Notes under the pieces: generated by a model | Seen by the model: the letters and a program-made list of their open reading frames with translations, nothing else | The model's database searches: none | Told to the model about the DNA's origin: nothing | From: a candidate division WOR-3 bacterium | GTDB lineage: Bacteria > Hydrothermota > Hydrothermia > B15-G9 > WFZT01 | Assembly (NCBI GenBank): GCA_027053075.1 | Contig: JALUEE010000090.1 | Location: 10,392-74,391 of the forward strand | Length of the DNA: 64,000 bases | Reading direction: 5' to 3' | Shown here: piece by piece, positions 39,259 to 50,265 of the stretch | Layout of the letters: each line of letters begins with the position of its first letter | Position numbering within the stretch: the stretch's first letter is position 1 | Position numbers and translations under genes: made by a program

Positions 39259-42009
39259 ATGCAATCAATGTTATTGGCATTTTTATTGTTTTCGCAGCAG
39301 CAGGTGACGATACAGCAGATTCAAGGTAACGGTCCAACGTCCCCCTATGTTGGTCAAAGAGTGATAACCACTGGAGTAGTAACTGGTGTCTACCAGCATG
39401 GATTTTTTATAGAGGACACCAGTGCAGGTCCCTGGAGTGGAATATGGGTCCATTCATACGCAAGTGTTGCAAGGGGTGACTTTATCAGGCTTTCTGGGGT
39501 TGTGGTGGAATACTACGATTTAACCGAGCTTGATAGCACGGAGAATGTTTCAGTGCTGGCTCATGGATATGTCATCCCCCCGGAGACCCTTTCAACCCAT
39601 GATGTTGCCAATGAGATGTGGGAAAGTGTACTGGTGACGGTTCTTGGGGCCGTATGTGATTCTCTTCCCAACCAGTACGGTGAATGGTGGGTGAATGATG
39701 GAAGTGGCCCAATAATGGTTGACGATATGGGATACGCCGCATCTCCAACCCTCGGTCACTGTTACAATATAACCGGGCCGGTTTACTATTCCTATAGAAA
39801 TTATAAAATTGAGCCGAGGGACGCCAACGATGTTCAGGAAGTTGTCTGTCCCATTAGATTCACAAATGTTTACTTTAACCCAACTTTGCCAGATCCAGAC
39901 GAGGATGTTTCTGTGGTTGCAGTGGTGAGTTCTCATACCCAGATTTATCAGGACTCGTTGTTTTATGCAGTAAACGGGACTTCTTCCTGGAATTCTGTGC
40001 CTCACGACAGTGTTGTCGGCTCAAACTACTATTACACTATTCCTCATCAGCCACTCGGTAGTATAGTCCATTTCTATATCACGCTCTGGAGGCAGGACTT
40101 AAGCTTTGAAACATCCGATACTCTCATGTATCTCGTGCCTGATTTCTCGAAAACCATTCCGCTTGGTTTTGTCCATGTCCTCGATAGAAACGGAGTTTCT
40201 ATTCTTGAAGGAAGAACCATTAAATTTACCGGGAAATTAACCACGGGAGGCGAACTTGGCCTCACATACTTCTTGCAGGATACCTCAGGTGGAATAGCCA
40301 TCTATAATCCGGGAGTCTCTCTGAATAGAGGCGACAGTGTTGTGGGAATGGGCACTGTGGAGTCTTATTACGGTCTTGCGGAATTGAAAAATGTTTCCTT
40401 CAGCTTGATTGAGCATGGAAACGAAATACCTCCACAGGTGGTTACCTGCAGGGAGCTTTCGGAGAATGGAGAGAAGTATGAAGGTAAACTTTTGAGAATA
40501 AAGGGTGTAACCTCGACTGCTACCTTCTTCCCGGTGGATGGAACCATCACTGTGACTGATTCAACAGGTACTTTTACCCTTTTCATCGACAGAGATACTG
40601 ACCTTGGCTCGCTTCCTGTGCCTGAGGGAGAGTTTGATGTTATTGGTGTTCTTTCCCAGCACGATGCAACACCTCCTTATACTGAAGGCTATCAGCTCGT
40701 CCCAAGGTCCCACGAGGATGTGATATTCCAGGGTAATGGAAGTGGTGAGGTCAATATTATCCCGCCCATCGCTTTTCCCGGTGACACGACGTCACTGCAT
40801 TTTGAAGGTAGCAATTTACCTGGAAATGTCAGGGTAGTTATCCCAACAGGGCTCGAATGGAGCTTTGATACTACTGATGTCCAGGTATCAGGTGTTGACT
40901 CATTTAGTATTGATACGACCTCGCGTTTTGTTACTTTTTACAGCACGGACACACTGATTTCTTTTGACCTTGAAAATGTATATGTGCCCGATACAACAAG
41001 AGATTACATCTTCATGGTGAAGACCTCTTCTGGCACCAGTTTCAGGAGAATAATGAAATATCCGGTGCTCTACACAGTGACTCCGCTTAAGGATGTTCAG
41101 GGTGACGATTACACCTCTCCCATGCTTGGAGATACCGTTCGGATCGGAGGCTGGGTCATTGGCCCATCAGACGTGTTCAGCCCATCAGGTAAGACAACAT
41201 TCTGGCTCTATGATGGGACAGACGGTGTGGAAGCCTTTTCTTACAGCACAACACCACCTGAAAGGGTGGGAGATTTTATCGTGCTCACAGGAGTCGTCAA
41301 TGAGTACAATGGACTTACGCAGGTAACATTTTCATCTGATGGATTTACAAAGGTTTTAAGTGTATCTCCTGATTCCCCATTCCTGCCTACGCCTGATACT
41401 CTTGGAGAATCTGAGGGACTCAACGAATCCCTTGAAGGTCATCTTGTCGTGGTTCGTGGAAATGTTGCCACTGATCCGTCTCGTGGTGGCAGTGGTTTTA
41501 ATCTGACAATAATGAACGGCCTTACACCTGTTGATCTGCGAATTTTAGATGCAACCGGAATTGATGTCACACAGTTTCACAAAGGACAGGTCCTGGAAGT
41601 TAGAGGAATTGTTTCCCAGTACGACCAGACCCCTCCATTTACTTCTGGTTACCAGCTTATGCCTGTGAAACCCGGCGATATAAGGATTTTTCAGGGTCAG
41701 ACGACAACAGCGGTTTCCATGCAGCTCAACAGGTCGGTGGGAATTATAGATGATGGTAAGACTTTCACAATAACCGTGAAATCACCTTCAACTGCTGAGA
41801 ATACTATTACAATCTACGACCTCGAAGGCCGGAAGATCAGGACACTGATTGAGCGACACGTGGGGCCTGTGGTGGTAAACTGGAATCTACTTGACGATTA
41901 CGGCCAGACGGTTAAATTAGGAATGTATATCATTCAGCTAAAGTCAATTGTAGGTGGAAAGACAAAAGTTTTAAATAAACTTGTGCTTGTGACGAGGAGG
42001 TTTAAGTAA
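39259..42009 (+). CDS. 916-aa secreted protein of tandem ExeM/NucH-type OB-fold domains with a C-terminal T9SS/FlgD-Ig-like sorting domain
   Basis: At least four copies of the IQG..x..SP..G..V...GVVT...YQL.P module (aa 14-95, 310-400, 610-690, 720-800). The C-terminus ITIYDLEGRKIRTL...GMYIIQL is typical of Por-secretion CTDs. GGAGG RBS. Confidence 0.7.
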   Translation: MQSMLLAFLLFSQQQVTIQQIQGNGPTSPYVGQRVITTGVVTGVYQHGFFIEDTSAGPWSGIWVHSYASVARGDFIRLSGVVVEYYDLTELDSTENVSVLAHGYVIPPETLSTHDVANEMWESVLVTVLGAVCDSLPNQYGEWWVNDGSGPIMVDDMGYAASPTLGHCYNITGPVYYSYRNYKIEPRDANDVQEVVCPIRFTNVYFNPTLPDPDEDVSVVAVVSSHTQIYQDSLFYAVNGTSSWNSVPHDSVVGSNYYYTIPHQPLGSIVHFYITLWRQDLSFETSDTLMYLVPDFSKTIPLGFVHVLDRNGVSILEGRTIKFTGKLTTGGELGLTYFLQDTSGGIAIYNPGVSLNRGDSVVGMGTVESYYGLAELKNVSFSLIEHGNEIPPQVVTCRELSENGEKYEGKLLRIKGVTSTATFFPVDGTITVTDSTGTFTLFIDRDTDLGSLPVPEGEFDVIGVLSQHDATPPYTEGYQLVPRSHEDVIFQGNGSGEVNIIPPIAFPGDTTSLHFEGSNLPGNVRVVIPTGLEWSFDTTDVQVSGVDSFSIDTTSRFVTFYSTDTLISFDLENVYVPDTTRDYIFMVKTSSGTSFRRIMKYPVLYTVTPLKDVQGDDYTSPMLGDTVRIGGWVIGPSDVFSPSGKTTFWLYDGTDGVEAFSYSTTPPERVGDFIVLTGVVNEYNGLTQVTFSSDGFTKVLSVSPDSPFLPTPDTLGESEGLNESLEGHLVVVRGNVATDPSRGGSGFNLTIMNGLTPVDLRILDATGIDVTQFHKGQVLEVRGIVSQYDQTPPFTSGYQLMPVKPGDIRIFQGQTTTAVSMQLNRSVGIIDDGKTFTITVKSPSTAENTITIYDLEGRKIRTLIERHVGPVVVNWNLLDDYGQTVKLGMYIIQLKSIVGGKTKVLNKLVLVTRRFK

Positions 42010-42011
42010 CA

Positions 42012-43397
42012 TTGGCAGACCCGAGAGTTTTAACAGATAAAAAGCCACCGCACTCTATAGAAGCAGAGATGAGTGTACTGGGCTCTATGATGCTCGATGA
42101 GAGTGCGGTGCATAAGGCTATTGAAATTCTCCGTGAAGAGGATTTTTACCTGAAATCCCACAGAATTATTTTCAAAACCCTGGTGGAACTTTATGAGGAG
42201 CGCTCCACGACGGACATCCTCTCAGTAAAGGACAAGCTTGAGAAGGAAAACAAACTGCAGGAGATCGGTGGGCCAGAGTATCTCAGTGCACTTGTTGAGG
42301 CTGTGATTACTCCGGACCTTGTTACTGAACATGCAAAGATTGTGCTCGAGAAGTCCATTTACAGACGTGTCATTCAGGTGGCAAACTCCATACTTATGCA
42401 GGCTTATCAGGAAGGTGAGCCGGCAGACTACCTTCTTGATTTTGCAGAGCACAAAATCCTTGAGATCGGTCAGAGAAGGGTTTCAGGCGGATGGGTGAAA
42501 AGTAGTAAAGTGATTGTGGATGTATTTGAAGAAATTGAAGCCATGATCAAAAGGGGTGAGGGCATCGTAAGTGGACTCCCCAGTGGATTCAAAGACCTGG
42601 ATAAGCTTACAACCGGTTTCCAGCCCGGTGACCTTGTAATTCTTGCATCAAGACCGTCAGTGGGAAAAACAACCCTCGCCTTGAATATAATGCGACACCT
42701 GTCCATTGAGGAAAACATTCCGACTGCTATCTTCAGTCTGGAGATGACAAAGGAGCAGCTCGCATTTCGCCTCTTGTGCATGGAAGCTCGAGTTGACGCC
42801 CAGAAAATAAGAAAAGGTTATGTGGACAAGTCTGAAATCAAGAAGTTAACTGATGCCGCAAGTGTACTCTCAAAGGCTCCGATCTTTATTGATGACACAC
42901 CTGCAATTTCAATTCTTGAGCTCAAAGCCAAAGCAAGAAGGATAGTGAAAGATGAGGGTGTAAAGCTGATAGCAGTTGACTACCTCCAGCTTGTTCAGGG
43001 GCCAAGGGATGTAGACAACAGGCAGCAGGAAATTTCTGCCATTTCCCGTTCTCTTAAGGCACTCGCAAAGGAGCTGAATATCACAGTCCTTGCACTTTCT
43101 CAGCTCTCACGTGCAGTTGAGCAGAGGCATGACAAGCGGCCGCAGCTGTCTGACCTCAGGGAATCGGGTGCTATTGAGCAGGATGCGGATACTGTCCTCT
43201 TCATCTACAGGCCTGAAATGGGCAGAAGAGAAGAGGAAGTTCCCGAAGAAGAAAGAAACGTTGCAGAAATCATTATCGGAAAACAAAGAAACGGTCCTGT
43301 CGGGACCATTAAATTAGTATTCTTGAAGAACCAGCTGAGGTTTGAGAACTTTACACAACAGGAGGAAGAAATTCCTGAAATAGACATCATTGGATAA
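42012..43397 (+). CDS. dnaB: replicative DNA helicase
   Basis: PHSIEAEMSVLGSMMLD N-terminus; Walker A GSRPSVGKTT; 461 aa. Confidence 0.9.
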   Translation: MADPRVLTDKKPPHSIEAEMSVLGSMMLDESAVHKAIEILREEDFYLKSHRIIFKTLVELYEERSTTDILSVKDKLEKENKLQEIGGPEYLSALVEAVITPDLVTEHAKIVLEKSIYRRVIQVANSILMQAYQEGEPADYLLDFAEHKILEIGQRRVSGGWVKSSKVIVDVFEEIEAMIKRGEGIVSGLPSGFKDLDKLTTGFQPGDLVILASRPSVGKTTLALNIMRHLSIEENIPTAIFSLEMTKEQLAFRLLCMEARVDAQKIRKGYVDKSEIKKLTDAASVLSKAPIFIDDTPAISILELKAKARRIVKDEGVKLIAVDYLQLVQGPRDVDNRQQEISAISRSLKALAKELNITVLALSQLSRAVEQRHDKRPQLSDLRESGAIEQDADTVLFIYRPEMGRREEEVPEEERNVAEIIIGKQRNGPVGTIKLVFLKNQLRFENFTQQEEEIPEIDIIG

Positions 43398-43403
43398 GGA
43401 GGT

Positions 43404-43793
43404 TTGAAGATGAAAGTTCAGCTGATTTTGTCGCTGATTTACTTTATAGTCGCGGCACTGTTTTTGGGAGTAAACTCGGAGTATGCAAGAGGGACATTCC
43501 ACATCAACCTGATTTTCGGGAAAGCAGATGTTGCCATTTTCCCTTTGATTATTGGCATCTCTTTCATCTGGATGCTCATCATTATTCTCATTGACTACAT
43601 GAGCATAAACTCGCTAAAGAAGCAGATTTACAAGCTAAAAGCACAGGTCCACGACACTGAAAAATCCGAGATGCTAAAACTCCTTAAAGAAATCAATGAA
43701 AAATTTGATGGGCACGCAACAACTGTTTATCAGCAGTTGCATGAAATTGAGGAGATAATCAAGGGAAAGCAAAATCAGCAGAAAACGGAGTAG
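43404..43793 (+). CDS. LapA-like (DUF1049) small membrane protein
   Basis: 2 TM helices plus a C-terminal coiled coil. AGGAGG RBS. Confidence 0.5.
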   Translation: MKMKVQLILSLIYFIVAALFLGVNSEYARGTFHINLIFGKADVAIFPLIIGISFIWMLIIILIDYMSINSLKKQIYKLKAQVHDTEKSEMLKLLKEINEKFDGHATTVYQQLHEIEEIIKGKQNQQKTE

Positions 43794-43797
43794 GGGA

Positions 43798-45165
43798 ATG
43801 AAAATTTACAACACGTTAACAAAGAAGCTGGACGATTTTGTGCCAATACGAGATAACAAAGTCGGTTTTTACATGTGCGGAATGACCGTTCAGGACAGAC
43901 CGCACCTGGGGCATTTGAGGACCTTTACCACCGGTGATATCGTGCGGCGGTATCTCATTTACAAAGGTTACGAAGTCACATACGTGACAAACTTTACGGA
44001 TATTGACGACAAAATTATTCAGAAATCACATGACCTTGGGATTGACTGGCGAAAGATCGGAGAAACCTACATCGAGGAATTTTTCAAAGTAACCGATGAA
44101 ATAAACATCATGCGAGCTGATTATTATCCGCGAGCGACCCAATTCATTCAGGAAATAATCGAGGCGGTGGAAATTCTGGTGGACAAAGGGTTTGCCTATG
44201 TCACCGGCGGCGATGTCTGGTTTGATGTCAGGAAGAAAAAGGACTATGGAAAGCTCTCTGGCAAAAAACTTGAGGACCTGATGGAGGGCGCGAGGGTTGA
44301 GCCTTCCCCAAATAAGAAATTCCCCATGGATTTCTCCGTCTGGAAGGCCTGGAAAGAGGGTGAACCTTATTGGTGGTCTCCATGGGGGAAGGGCAGACCC
44401 GGATGGCACATTGAGTGTTCGGTGATGTCCACACATTACCTTGGACAGCCCTTTGACATTCATGGTGGGGCGCAGGATTTGATTTTCCCGCACCATGAGA
44501 ATGAAATTGCCCAGTCCGAGGCAATAAGGGGCACAGAATACGTTAGATACTGGCTCCACGGTGGCTTTGTAAATATAAAAGGCGAAAAGATGTCCAAAAG
44601 CAAGGGACTCTTTTTTGCTGCCCAGGAAGTTTTGAAAGAATACGGTGCCAATCCTGTGAGACTATATTTCCTTCAAACTCATTATAGAAGTCCCATAGAT
44701 TTTTCGGCCGAAAGGCTGACTGAGTCTCAAAAGGCTTGGGAAAGGATTTCGAATTTCCTCGAAAAAGTACCGGAGGGTAACGGAAAGGAGACGGACTTTT
44801 CTTTTGCTGGTGAATACCTGAAGAGATTTGAAGAAGCTATGGACGAGGATTTCAACACACCCCGTGCAGTTGCGGTAATTTTTGATATGGTAAAGCAGGG
44901 AAATGCACTTCTTGATAAGGAGCCTGAGAAGGCGGCAGAAATCGGCAGAGTACTTAGAACAATCTTAAATATTCTTGGATTCAAGCCTGAGAAAAAAGAG
45001 AGAGCAGGAATCGAAGATGATCTTGTTTCTATCATCGTAGAAGTCCGCCAGAAGATGCGCCAGGAAAAGAAATTTGAAATTGCGGACTGGATCAGAGACC
45101 AGCTCAAAAATCTTGGAGTAATCCTCGAGGACACCCCTCAGGGGACAAAGTGGAAGATAAAATAA
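43798..45165 (+). CDS. cysS: cysteine--tRNA ligase
   Basis: HLGHLRT (HIGH) and KMSKS both present. Confidence 0.9.
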   Translation: MKIYNTLTKKLDDFVPIRDNKVGFYMCGMTVQDRPHLGHLRTFTTGDIVRRYLIYKGYEVTYVTNFTDIDDKIIQKSHDLGIDWRKIGETYIEEFFKVTDEINIMRADYYPRATQFIQEIIEAVEILVDKGFAYVTGGDVWFDVRKKKDYGKLSGKKLEDLMEGARVEPSPNKKFPMDFSVWKAWKEGEPYWWSPWGKGRPGWHIECSVMSTHYLGQPFDIHGGAQDLIFPHHENEIAQSEAIRGTEYVRYWLHGGFVNIKGEKMSKSKGLFFAAQEVLKEYGANPVRLYFLQTHYRSPIDFSAERLTESQKAWERISNFLEKVPEGNGKETDFSFAGEYLKRFEEAMDEDFNTPRAVAVIFDMVKQGNALLDKEPEKAAEIGRVLRTILNILGFKPEKKERAGIEDDLVSIIVEVRQKMRQEKKFEIADWIRDQLKNLGVILEDTPQGTKWKIK

Positions 45166-45336
45166 AATCTGGTTTTTAGGGATGTAGAGTTGTTTTAATT
45201 TTTGTGGGGCCGCGCACTATTTTTCAAACTTCAAGCCTTTCGGTCAATATTTATACACTCGCTCAGGAATATCTCATTTTTCCTGAACCTGCAAATACCC
45301 ATTTGCCCATGGAGCCAGGATAGGAAGAGAATTTGT

Positions 45337-45365
45337 CTTACATTCTTTGACACAACCTTTATAAT
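45337..45365 (+). promoter_or_regulatory. putative sigma70-type promoter for the acyl-CoA ligase/dehydratase operon
   Basis: CTTACA, 17 bp, then perfect TATAAT (45360-45365). GGAGG RBS at 45385. Confidence 0.35.
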
Positions 45366-45397
45366 TTCTATGACAAAAACTTCATGGAGGTGTTTTT

Positions 45398-47068
45398 ATG
45401 GATCGTCCGTGGCTGAAATTCTACGATGAAGATGTACCACGGAGTATTGATTATCCCAGAATGCCCATCTATGGCATTCTCGATGGTTCAGCAGAAAAGT
45501 TCCCCTCCAAAACGGCTTCCATATTCTACGGTAAAAAGCTCACTTACAAAGAGCTAAAAGAATTATCCGATAGATTTGCAAATTCCCTCAAAAAACTTGT
45601 CATTGGAAAAGGAGACAAAGTAGCACTTCTCCTGCCAAACTTCCCGGGTTACGTTATTGCCTACTTTGGTGCTTTAAAATCCGGCGCTGTCGTTGTCCCA
45701 CTGAATCCCCTTTACACAGAGAGTGAGCTTGAGTTTCACTTTAACGATTCCAGTGCGGAGACCGTTGTTACAATCCCTATGTTTGTTGAAAAGGCAGCCG
45801 CACTAACGAAAAAGACACCACTCAAGCGTGTCATCGTTTCCTACATTGCTGACTTTTTACCATTTCCCCTCAGTTTTGTTCAGAAACTCAGAGAAAATCC
45901 ATATGTGAAGCGGGCAAAGAAGACCATTTCAGGTGAGCTTCTCAATATGAAAGACATGATTTCGAGCCCTGCCACTGGTTTTAAACCTGCACAGGTGAAT
46001 CCCGATGAGCTTGGAATTCTCATTTATTCGGGAGGTACAACAGGTGTGGCAAAGGGGATAATGCTCTCTCACTACGCAGTTGTGGCAAATGCCCACATGA
46101 TCAAAGCCTGGGGTCACCTTGATGAAAACGAGAGGATGCTGGCAGTGCTGCCGTTTTTTCACGGCTACGGCATGAATGTAACCATGAACGCAGCACTACT
46201 CTCGGGCATGTCCATTGTAATGCTGCCCAGATTCAGCGCGCGCGAGATGGCAAAGACCATTGATAAATACAAACCCACGCAGACCGCAGTTGTTCCCACC
46301 ATCCTCGTTGCACTTTCCGCTGTCAAAAACGTGGAAAAGTATGATTTTTCAAGCCTCAAGGCCATTTGGGTTGGAGCTGCCCCGCTGACTGCTGCCATCA
46401 AAGAGAATTTTGAGAAGAAAACCGGTGGACGTGCCATAGAGGGTTATGGCCTCACCGAGGCAGTCACTGCAATAATGGCCAATCCCATGAAGGGAAAACA
46501 CAAGGTAGGAAGTATCGGACTCCCATTCCCTGATGTTGATGCGAAAATCGTTTCACTTGATGGAACAAAAGACCTTCCATCCGGTGAGGTGGGAGAGATT
46601 GCACTAAAAACCCCGACCGTGATGCTCGGTTACTACAATAGACCCGAGGAAACTGCAAAAACCATTAAAGACGGCTGGCTTCTCACTGGGGATATTGGTT
46701 TTATGGACGAAGAGGGTTATTTTTATATAACCGACAGGAAAAAGGACCTCATCATTGTTGGTGGATTTAACGTTTTCCCGAGGGAAATTGACGAGTTGAT
46801 TTATAAGCATCCGAAGGTGAAAGAGGGAATAACTGTTGGCGTGCCTGATGAATTTAAGGGTGAGAAAATAAAAGTCTTTATCGTGCTCAAAGAGGGTGTT
46901 ACAGCCACGGCAGAAGAGTTTATTGAATATTTCAAAAAGCACCTTGCCCCCTACAAAGTGCCAAGTGAGGTAGAATTCAGGAAAGAGCTTCCAAAGAGTG
47001 CAATTGGAAAGATTCTTCGAAGGGTACTAAGAGAGGAGGAAATCAAAAAGCGTGGTAAAAATACCTAA
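45398..47068 (+). CDS. AMP-forming acyl-CoA ligase (FadD/long-chain-type)
   Basis: YSGGTTGVAKG AMP-binding P-loop, GYGLTE, TGDIGFMDEEGYFYITDRKKDLI and PKSAIGKILRR. Confidence 0.85.
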   Translation: MDRPWLKFYDEDVPRSIDYPRMPIYGILDGSAEKFPSKTASIFYGKKLTYKELKELSDRFANSLKKLVIGKGDKVALLLPNFPGYVIAYFGALKSGAVVVPLNPLYTESELEFHFNDSSAETVVTIPMFVEKAAALTKKTPLKRVIVSYIADFLPFPLSFVQKLRENPYVKRAKKTISGELLNMKDMISSPATGFKPAQVNPDELGILIYSGGTTGVAKGIMLSHYAVVANAHMIKAWGHLDENERMLAVLPFFHGYGMNVTMNAALLSGMSIVMLPRFSAREMAKTIDKYKPTQTAVVPTILVALSAVKNVEKYDFSSLKAIWVGAAPLTAAIKENFEKKTGGRAIEGYGLTEAVTAIMANPMKGKHKVGSIGLPFPDVDAKIVSLDGTKDLPSGEVGEIALKTPTVMLGYYNRPEETAKTIKDGWLLTGDIGFMDEEGYFYITDRKKDLIIVGGFNVFPREIDELIYKHPKVKEGITVGVPDEFKGEKIKVFIVLKEGVTATAEEFIEYFKKHLAPYKVPSEVEFRKELPKSAIGKILRRVLREEEIKKRGKNT

Positions 47069-48173
47069 GAGGCACGAGGTTTGCAGGAAATTTAAGGAGC
47101 AGGGGGGAAAGGTTGCGGCAGTATTGCCCATCCATTATCCGAGAGCACTTTTGAGGGCTTTTGATATACTACCTGTGGAAGTGTGGGGACCTCCTCAAGT
47201 GGACGTAAGTTATGGAGGTGCACACCTGCAGCCCTATGTTTGCTCGATAGTTCACAATGCCCTTTCGTTTCTCAAAACCGGTGGGCTGGATGAAACCGAC
47301 ATTATCATTGTTCCGCACACGTGTGACTCGCTTCAGGGATTTGGAAGCATTCTGCTTGATTTTGTTAAGCCCAGACAGCCGGTTTTTCCAATTTATTTGC
47401 CACGCGGAAAAAGGTCGGAGGATGTTGAATTTCTGGTGAATGAGTTTAAATCTCTATACAGGGGGCTCGAAAAAATTACCGGCAAAAGCCCGATGGATGA
47501 TGAGATGCTTAAGAGAATCGAAATTGAAGAGGAGGCCGATGCAAAGCTAAAAGAGCTTTATGAGATCAGGGGTGAATTTTCCTTTGAGTCAGGAAAGACC
47601 AAAAGCAGGTCAAGCAAGGGAGAAGCCCTTTCAACCTACGATTTTTACAGGGTTGTGCGGGCAAGAGAATTTTTACCAGCCGAGAAATTTATTGAGATTG
47701 CTGACGAGGTGATTTCGGAATATTCATTTGTAAGAGATGGTGTGCCTGTGATACTTTCGGGGATAGTTCCAGAGCCCATGGAGGTTTTGAATGCCATTGA
47801 AGAAGCCGGGGGATTTGTCGTTGTAGATGACCTTGCCTGCTGTGGCAGACGTCTTTATGGACGTGGAAAATCGAGTGAGCCATTGAAAAGGATGGCCGAA
47901 AGGATTATTTTCGGGCCACCTGATGTGACACGAGGGAATTTGATTGAGGAGAGGTTTGAACATTTGAAGTATCTTGCTGAGGTCACAGGGGCACGCGGTA
48001 TCATTTTCTATACTGTAAAGTTCTGCGAGCCCGAGTTATTTGATTTACCTGACCTGAAGAATATGCTGAAGAGTGCGGGGGTACCTTCGGTGCAGGTTGA
48101 GATCGATATCGGTGACCCATTACCTCATCAGACTATCACGAGATTGACTGCGTTTTTAGAGGTGCTGGCATGA
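47052..48173 (+). CDS. 2-hydroxyacyl-CoA dehydratase / benzoyl-CoA reductase family subunit (HgdB/BcrB-like), GTG start
   Basis: [26 protein letters not shown] and [11 protein letters not shown] patterns of the HgdAB/BcrBC fold. Overlaps the ligase by 17 nt. Confidence 0.7.
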   Translation: MVKIPKRHEVCRKFKEQGGKVAAVLPIHYPRALLRAFDILPVEVWGPPQVDVSYGGAHLQPYVCSIVHNALSFLKTGGLDETDIIIVPHTCDSLQGFGSILLDFVKPRQPVFPIYLPRGKRSEDVEFLVNEFKSLYRGLEKITGKSPMDDEMLKRIEIEEEADAKLKELYEIRGEFSFESGKTKSRSSKGEALSTYDFYRVVRAREFLPAEKFIEIADEVISEYSFVRDGVPVILSGIVPEPMEVLNAIEEAGGFVVVDDLACCGRRLYGRGKSSEPLKRMAERIIFGPPDVTRGNLIEERFEHLKYLAEVTGARGIIFYTVKFCEPELFDLPDLKNMLKSAGVPSVQVEIDIGDPLPHQTITRLTAFLEVLA

Positions 48174-49492
48174 GTTTGAAAGACCATCTCAAATATTACT
48201 GGAATGTGAAGCTTGTTGGGAGTGCCTATCTCAGGTGGCAGAGGTGGCAGGCAGAGCGGAAGCCTCGAATTCCGCGAAATTGGAGAACGAATATAATCGC
48301 ACCACCGCTGAAGATCAGTGCCCGCACAAAAGAGCTGATCTCAAGGCATTATCTTGAGGGAAGGTATGCGAATGGGCATAAGCCTGTTGCGTGGGTTACA
48401 TCTGGTGGGCCGGTCGAAATCCTTCAGGCTCTTGGCTTTTATGTTTTGTATCCTGAAAATCACGGCGCGCTCTGTGGAGCGCGCCGTTACGCTCTTGAAC
48501 TCTCAGAAGAGGCCGAAAACTACGGTTTCTCCCAGGATATTTGCTCATACGCGAGGACGGATATAGGGAGCATGCTCTCGGGGAAGACACCGATTGGAAG
48601 ACTTCCAAAGCCTGATCTTCTGCTTGCATGCACAAATATTTGTCAGACAGTGCTTTTCTGGTATCGAGTGCTTGCAAAGCATTTTAACGTTCCGATTATC
48701 CTGATTGACACACCATTCGTTTACAAAGATGCACCGGAGCACGCTATTGAATACGTGAAAAAGCAGCTCGAGGCTTCGATTCCGGTGGCCCAGAGGGTTG
48801 CAAAGAAAAAGCTTAGCTTTAAAAAATTAAAGGAAGTTGTGAGGCTCAGCCGTGAGGCTTCTGAGCTGTGGCTCGAGATTATGTATAGGGGAAAGGCAAA
48901 GCCTGCCCCGATCTCGGTTTTTGACCAGTTCATACACATGGCTCCAATTGTGGAGATGCGGGGTAAACCCGAAACGGTGGATTTTTACGCAGCAATGCTC
49001 AAAGAGGTTGATGAAAGAATCAAAAAGGGTATCGGAGCAGTGAAGAATGAGAGGAAAAGGCTGCTCTGGGATAATTTGCCCATCTGGTATAAACTGAGAT
49101 TCCTTGCGGAGTATCTTGGTGAGCATGGGATTTCGGTGGTTGCTTCTACTTATACCATGGCATGGGGTGAGCTTGCCCCATTGATTGACCCGGAAAGACC
49201 CATTGAATCAATGGCAAAGACTTATATTTACCCAATTTTGAATCGTGGAACAGGCTACAAGTTGCAAAAGATGAGGGACATGGTTGAGGAATTTGACCTT
49301 GATGGTGCAATTTTGCATTCTGACCGCTCGTGTAAGCCTTATTCTATCGGACAGGTGGATCAGAGGAACAGATTGATCAGTGAATACGGGATACCTGCTC
49401 TTATTTTAGAGGCTGATCATAATGATCCCCGGGCATTTGCAGATGAGCAGGTAAAAGCAAGACTTGATTCATTTATAGAGATGCTGGAATGA
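48170..49492 (+). CDS. 2-hydroxyacyl-CoA dehydratase family subunit (HgdA/BcrC-like)
   Basis: [32 protein letters not shown] and [10 protein letters not shown] Cys ligand context. ATGA overlap upstream. Confidence 0.7.
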   Translation: MSLKDHLKYYWNVKLVGSAYLRWQRWQAERKPRIPRNWRTNIIAPPLKISARTKELISRHYLEGRYANGHKPVAWVTSGGPVEILQALGFYVLYPENHGALCGARRYALELSEEAENYGFSQDICSYARTDIGSMLSGKTPIGRLPKPDLLLACTNICQTVLFWYRVLAKHFNVPIILIDTPFVYKDAPEHAIEYVKKQLEASIPVAQRVAKKKLSFKKLKEVVRLSREASELWLEIMYRGKAKPAPISVFDQFIHMAPIVEMRGKPETVDFYAAMLKEVDERIKKGIGAVKNERKRLLWDNLPIWYKLRFLAEYLGEHGISVVASTYTMAWGELAPLIDPERPIESMAKTYIYPILNRGTGYKLQKMRDMVEEFDLDGAILHSDRSCKPYSIGQVDQRNRLISEYGIPALILEADHNDPRAFADEQVKARLDSFIEMLE

Positions 49493-50265
49493 TTAAAGCA
49501 ATAGGAATTGATGTAGGTTCAACAACGGCAAAGATTGTAGGAGTTAACGAGGGTGGGGACTTTGTGTGGAGCTATATTGAACCTGCCGACCCAAGGGTAG
49601 AGGACCAGGTGGAGAGGTTTCTCGAGAAGGTCAGGGAAGTGGCAGGTTCCATTGAAGGAATTCCCATAGTGGCAACAGGTTATGGAAGAAACCTTGTCCA
49701 TCAGGCAACGAAGAAGGTGACAGAAATCACCTGCCATGCGCGCGGGGTTTTCAAGCAGCTTGGCCATGGTGGAACGCTTGTGGATATTGGTGGACAGGAC
49801 AGTAAGGTGATTGTAATAGGGCCGCATGGAGAGGTGGTGGATTTCACCATGAACGACAAGTGCGCCGCAGGGACAGGAAGATTTCTTGAAAATACTGCCG
49901 GAAGGCTCAGGGTGAAGCTCGAAGAGATGGGGAGTGTGGCCCTCTCTGCTCCTGAAGAGGTGAAAATTTCCAGTACGTGTACGGTTTTTGCTGAATCTGA
50001 GATTATTTCAATGATTGCTCATGGTGTGAGGGTTGAGCCCATTTTAAAGGGGCTTCACAGGTCCCTTGTGAAGCGAATTGTTGCCATGATTAGAAGTGTG
50101 GGGCTGGTGCCTCCATTGATGCTGTCCGGGGGAGTAGTAAAAAACCCGGCAATAAGGAAGATGATTGAGGAAGAAACGGGAGAGAAGGTAATTTTACCCG
50201 AGCACCCGCAGTTCATGGGCGCCTACGGCGCCGCCTTGATAGGATTGAAGTTGGGGAAAGGGTAG
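49489..50265 (+). CDS. CoA-substrate-specific enzyme activase (BadF/BadG/BcrA/BcrD/HgdC ATPase)
   Basis: [14 protein letters not shown]-terminal ASKHA motif and [12 protein letters not shown]; ATGA overlap. Confidence 0.85.
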   Translation: MIKAIGIDVGSTTAKIVGVNEGGDFVWSYIEPADPRVEDQVERFLEKVREVAGSIEGIPIVATGYGRNLVHQATKKVTEITCHARGVFKQLGHGGTLVDIGGQDSKVIVIGPHGEVVDFTMNDKCAAGTGRFLENTAGRLRVKLEEMGSVALSAPEEVKISSTCTVFAESEIISMIAHGVRVEPILKGLHRSLVKRIVAMIRSVGLVPPLMLSGGVVKNPAIRKMIEEETGEKVILPEHPQFMGAYGAALIGLKLGKG

